Source: Callorhinchus milii | Taxonomy: Eukaryota | Direction of reading: 5' to 3' | Length of the DNA: 64,000 nt | Assembly (NCBI RefSeq): GCF_018977255.1 | Contig: NW_024704743.1 | Location: 37,450,001-37,514,000, forward strand | Notes under the pieces: model-generated | What the model was told of the DNA's origin: nothing | The model's input: the letters and a program-made list of their open reading frames with translations, nothing else | The model's database searches: none | Translations under genes and position numbers: made by a program | Shown: positions 60,524-64,000 of the stretch, piece after piece | How positions within the stretch are numbered: the first letter of the stretch is position 1 | Layout of the letters: the number at the start of each line of letters is the position of its first letter

Positions 60524-60881
60524 GGAGTCCTGTAGCTTAATGGTTAGAGCATTCGCCTCGCAAGTGAGAGGACCCAGATTCGATTCCGGGGCAGGACGAA
60601 ACCTTTGGCACGTTTCCTTACCCACGCGCCTTTGTTTACCTAGTAGGAATCTGGTTGTTAGTAGATTGGCGGATCGCTTTTTGGAGTTATAATCTCTTAA
60701 AAAAAATCTGATCACTCAAACCATGACTGTTTGTGGGACGTTGCTGTGCACATCTGGCTGCCACATTTCACGCACAAATATATAGTCAGTTCACTTTACA
60801 GTATATTCTGTGAAGCGCTTTGAGACATCTCAACAATGTGATGAGGCGCTATATCAAACGCAAGGATTATTATTATTATTA
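60524..60881 (+). mobile_element. tRNA-Ala/CORE/Deu SINE, old long subfamily
   Basis: Head, internal block, old-type tail, (ATT)n. Confidence 0.9.
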
Positions 60882-61057
60882 CGTGCCTATGGCAGACATG
60901 ATCCTTACATATCTTTGCATTTGAGGATTCAGTGCATGGAGTCAGTAGATCTTTGCTCTCTCCCTGCTGCTGTAAAGCTCACAAGTGAATTTTAAAGGTT
61001 TACATAGAGTCAAAGTCGAGGACTTAATCTCTAAGGCATGTTCCAAGCTGCTTTATA

Positions 61058-61235
61058 TTTTGGATCAGCTGGGTGTCTGTCCCACTTGGAAATCCAATCC
61101 AAATAAATCGCTGAGAGTTTGACTTGTGCACTGAAGTTTTAGTTTGTCCTGCTACCTAACCCAGAAAGTATTAGGTGCAGGTTGGCATTCTGTTTTGGGG
61201 ACCCCAGAATACGTTTTGGGGTTTCACTCGAGTTA
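61058..61235 (-). repeat. Family X, diverged copy
   Basis: ttttggatcagctgggtgtctgtcccacttggaaatcc … attaggtgcaggttggc…ggggaccccagaa. Confidence 0.55.
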
Positions 61236-64000
61236 TGACTTGTCATAAACTCCAGAAAACTAATTGTTCAAGGAAGCATAATGTGACCAGCTGACGTTTG
61301 GAATATTACTCTGAATGTGTATTGGGTCAAAGTGTCAGAATTCTCCCAGCATTGCTTAGATAATTCATATTCTAATTGTGTTTATTTTGTATGCTGTCTG
61401 CACGCAATTGCAAACTTGCTTCATTTGTCTTGAATGTATAAATCACAATACTGTAGATCCTCAATTAGGTTTTGTTAAAGAATATGGCCAAGAGTATGGC
61501 ATTCATATTCTAGTGTCCTCTGCGTTATCTTTCTACACCAGGCTGCAGAAGCTTGAAGCAGTGCCTTTCCAGTCTTTGAGCCTGGGCTAAAATAAAATCA
61601 CCATAACACTAAGGTGTGGTTTCCTTTGAAAGGTTCCCCTGCAACAGGAAGGAGGAAGGGGAATGTATGAGTGAAAAGAGGGTTGTTTTCAGAATAACCC
61701 GGGCAGAAGTTAATAACGATAAGGACGTATAATAATCTATAAACTTCCAGCTCAAAGTGAACCAATAAATAGGATTTATTCAGACAAGTAAGAGAAGCTT
61801 TAAGAAATGGGATGACATGGGATATGAGGGATAAGGTTTAAATTTATCTGTTGTGAATGCACTCATGTGAGATTTCACTCTCCCAGCAGTAAAGTGGTCA
61901 CACCATGGATAACAACCATAATGCACAAGAAATGCCCTGGAAGTTTTTCTTTACTTAGAGAGTAATTATCAAATAGAGCAAGTTACCAAGAAGGGTCCTT
62001 TGAAGCCAGGACATGACTCATTTAAAAAACAGCTCAATGCTGTGATGGGAGGATGACAAGGTGGGTGTCCTGGAAGGATGAGATCAGATGGGTCAGATCT
62101 TGTGATTCTTGTGATCCTGTGAATGCACATTCTGACTGTTTCCACTCTGTTCCTAGGGAACAGAGCACAGGAGGAAATATAGTAAATTTTGTGTTCAGCA
62201 GCTGATCGGTATTTTAGAAATGATCATTGGGTGTTGACCTCCTCGTTTGCTCATTCCAATTATGGAGCTCTGGGATCCTAGCCTACGTGAGGGAAGCTAA
62301 ATAAATGAAGTTGCTATTGAAATTTTTAGGTTTTGTTCAATCCATAACTCTCCTTTCAGCCTTTCGCCCACTTTCTCCACAATACCACTCAAGTCCACAT
62401 GACCTCATCCCCAAAGTAGCTGAAGCCCTTGAGAATTAAGAAAAAATATATTCGAAGATCTACGTAATGTGTAGATTTCTCTGCTTACGTGAGCTAACCT
62501 CCATCAATAACAACAGGATAGTTTAATCTTAAGAACAGTATTGGAAGATACTGGGGTAAGTGAAGACTGAGGTGAACAAATCCTTCACAGATCACAATTA
62601 TTCTGTGCTGTTGGAGGGGGAATGGAAGATTGGCTTTGTTAGTGGAAATATGGGGATGAATAAACATTCTGCTGTTATTGCTTTATTAGTTTTAAAGTTT
62701 CAAGGAGGTTTTGTGCAGATTCATCTCTGTGAGATGAAGTGGCGGAATAATGTTTCCTTAATCCACACACCTGTTTACCTAGCAGTAAGTAGGAACCCGG
62801 TTGTTAGTCGATTGGCAGATCGCTTCCGGGGGTAATAATCCCTTCAAAAAAATAAAAATAATAATAATTTGGTCACAATTTGCGCAATTGGCTGCCACGT
62901 TTTGCCCACAAAATTCACAGTCAATTCACTTTACGATATATTCTGTGAAATACTTTAAGATGCCTCAACAACGTGATATGAAATGCAAGGATTATAATGT
63001 GGAAGGAGTAGGCTTGATAGACTAAAGGGCCCAAAACAGCAGCGTCTGATAAAATACATTAAATGTAAACTGAAAGGAATAGGAGGAAAATTATAGCAGC
63101 CAAATGCGCACAGCAGTGTCCCAAAAACAGTCGTGGATTAAATATTGTAGTTAGAGCCCAATATCTGCACTACCTGGAACCTGTACCCAGTGGATATCAT
63201 CAGTGCAAATCAAAATGTCATCCATCAGGAGTTAGAGTATCACTGTGGGAAGCAAATAATATCTACGTGAATTCAACTATTAGTTGCACACTGGTAAGAC
63301 TGTTTAGTCAGCCCAGCAGTTATTGCTATATGAATTGAGACTGAAGTTAATGAGGTTTTGAAGAATTAAAGAGGGAGGGTGGAGGGATTTATGGCGAGAG
63401 AGTAGGGCAATATGGCTTGTAGTTCATTTACAGGTGGTGAAGGGATGGAGGATGTTGCTGCAGGACAGAATTGGCAGGAAGGAGAGAGCAGGCAAGGAAG
63501 TAGAACCATAAGAGATCACAGAGGTTAGGTGGGTCAAAGGCATGGAGAAAATTGCAAACCCTACAGCAACAAAGGCTGACCACTGAGAACGAATTCTTGT
63601 TCTCCTTCCTATCTTGTTTTTGAAGCTATTTTTAGAACCATGAATTTATGGATTTTTAAAATGTATTCCAGGCAAAAAATATGTAGTATAGTTTACTAAG
63701 TAATTTGCACAATGATAACATATATTAAAAAGAATCACATCTTTAAGGAAAGCATCAAACCTCCCACCACCAGCAATCTGATTTATAGAGTATTTTTGAG
63801 AGCAAAACAGCCCTGACACTGAATAAAAGAGGTAGTAGATCTGCCAATGTACCAAATAAAAATAGCTAGACAAAAGTACCAATGTATCTAATTTCAAGGA
63901 TGTATAAATATCAGCTTAATCCCTGAGATGAGTGAATTTGCAAGGACCTTGAAGGATGCTGTTACTGCACTCTGCAGAAAAGTCAAATGAATGTGTAAAC

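Overview
Repeat-rich vertebrate genomic DNA, most consistent with a cartilaginous fish and probably a chimaera (inferred from the repeat families only). No intact protein-coding gene is recognisable, and most ORFs in the supplied track are artefacts of SINEs, decayed LINEs or tandem repeats. The window is dominated by 5'-truncated L2 LINEs ((TTG)n tails), CR1 LINE fragments, a tRNA-Ala-headed CORE/Deu-like SINE with (ATT)n tail in old and young subfamilies, and older Deu-type SINEs. It also holds a Penelope-like end, a Tc1/mariner relic (~30.7-30.9 kb) and an unclassified A-tailed repeat family with a terminal hairpin. A few weak + strand exon candidates of an unidentified transcript lie at 18.7, 29.1, 30.6 and 39.7 kb. 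A probable promoter/non-coding first exon at ~45.7-45.9 kb sits between a 1.75-kb minisatellite and a 16-bp satellite with p53-like site geometry. The most unusual signal is three local templated 'copy-back' duplications (13.1, 38.8, 49.6 kb): 60-100 bp found a few hundred bases downstream also appears upstream, twice fused to the same minimal L2-type tail and once inside a perfect 23-bp direct repeat. Family names are from memory of consensus sequences, not searches, and boundaries of old repeats are approximate.
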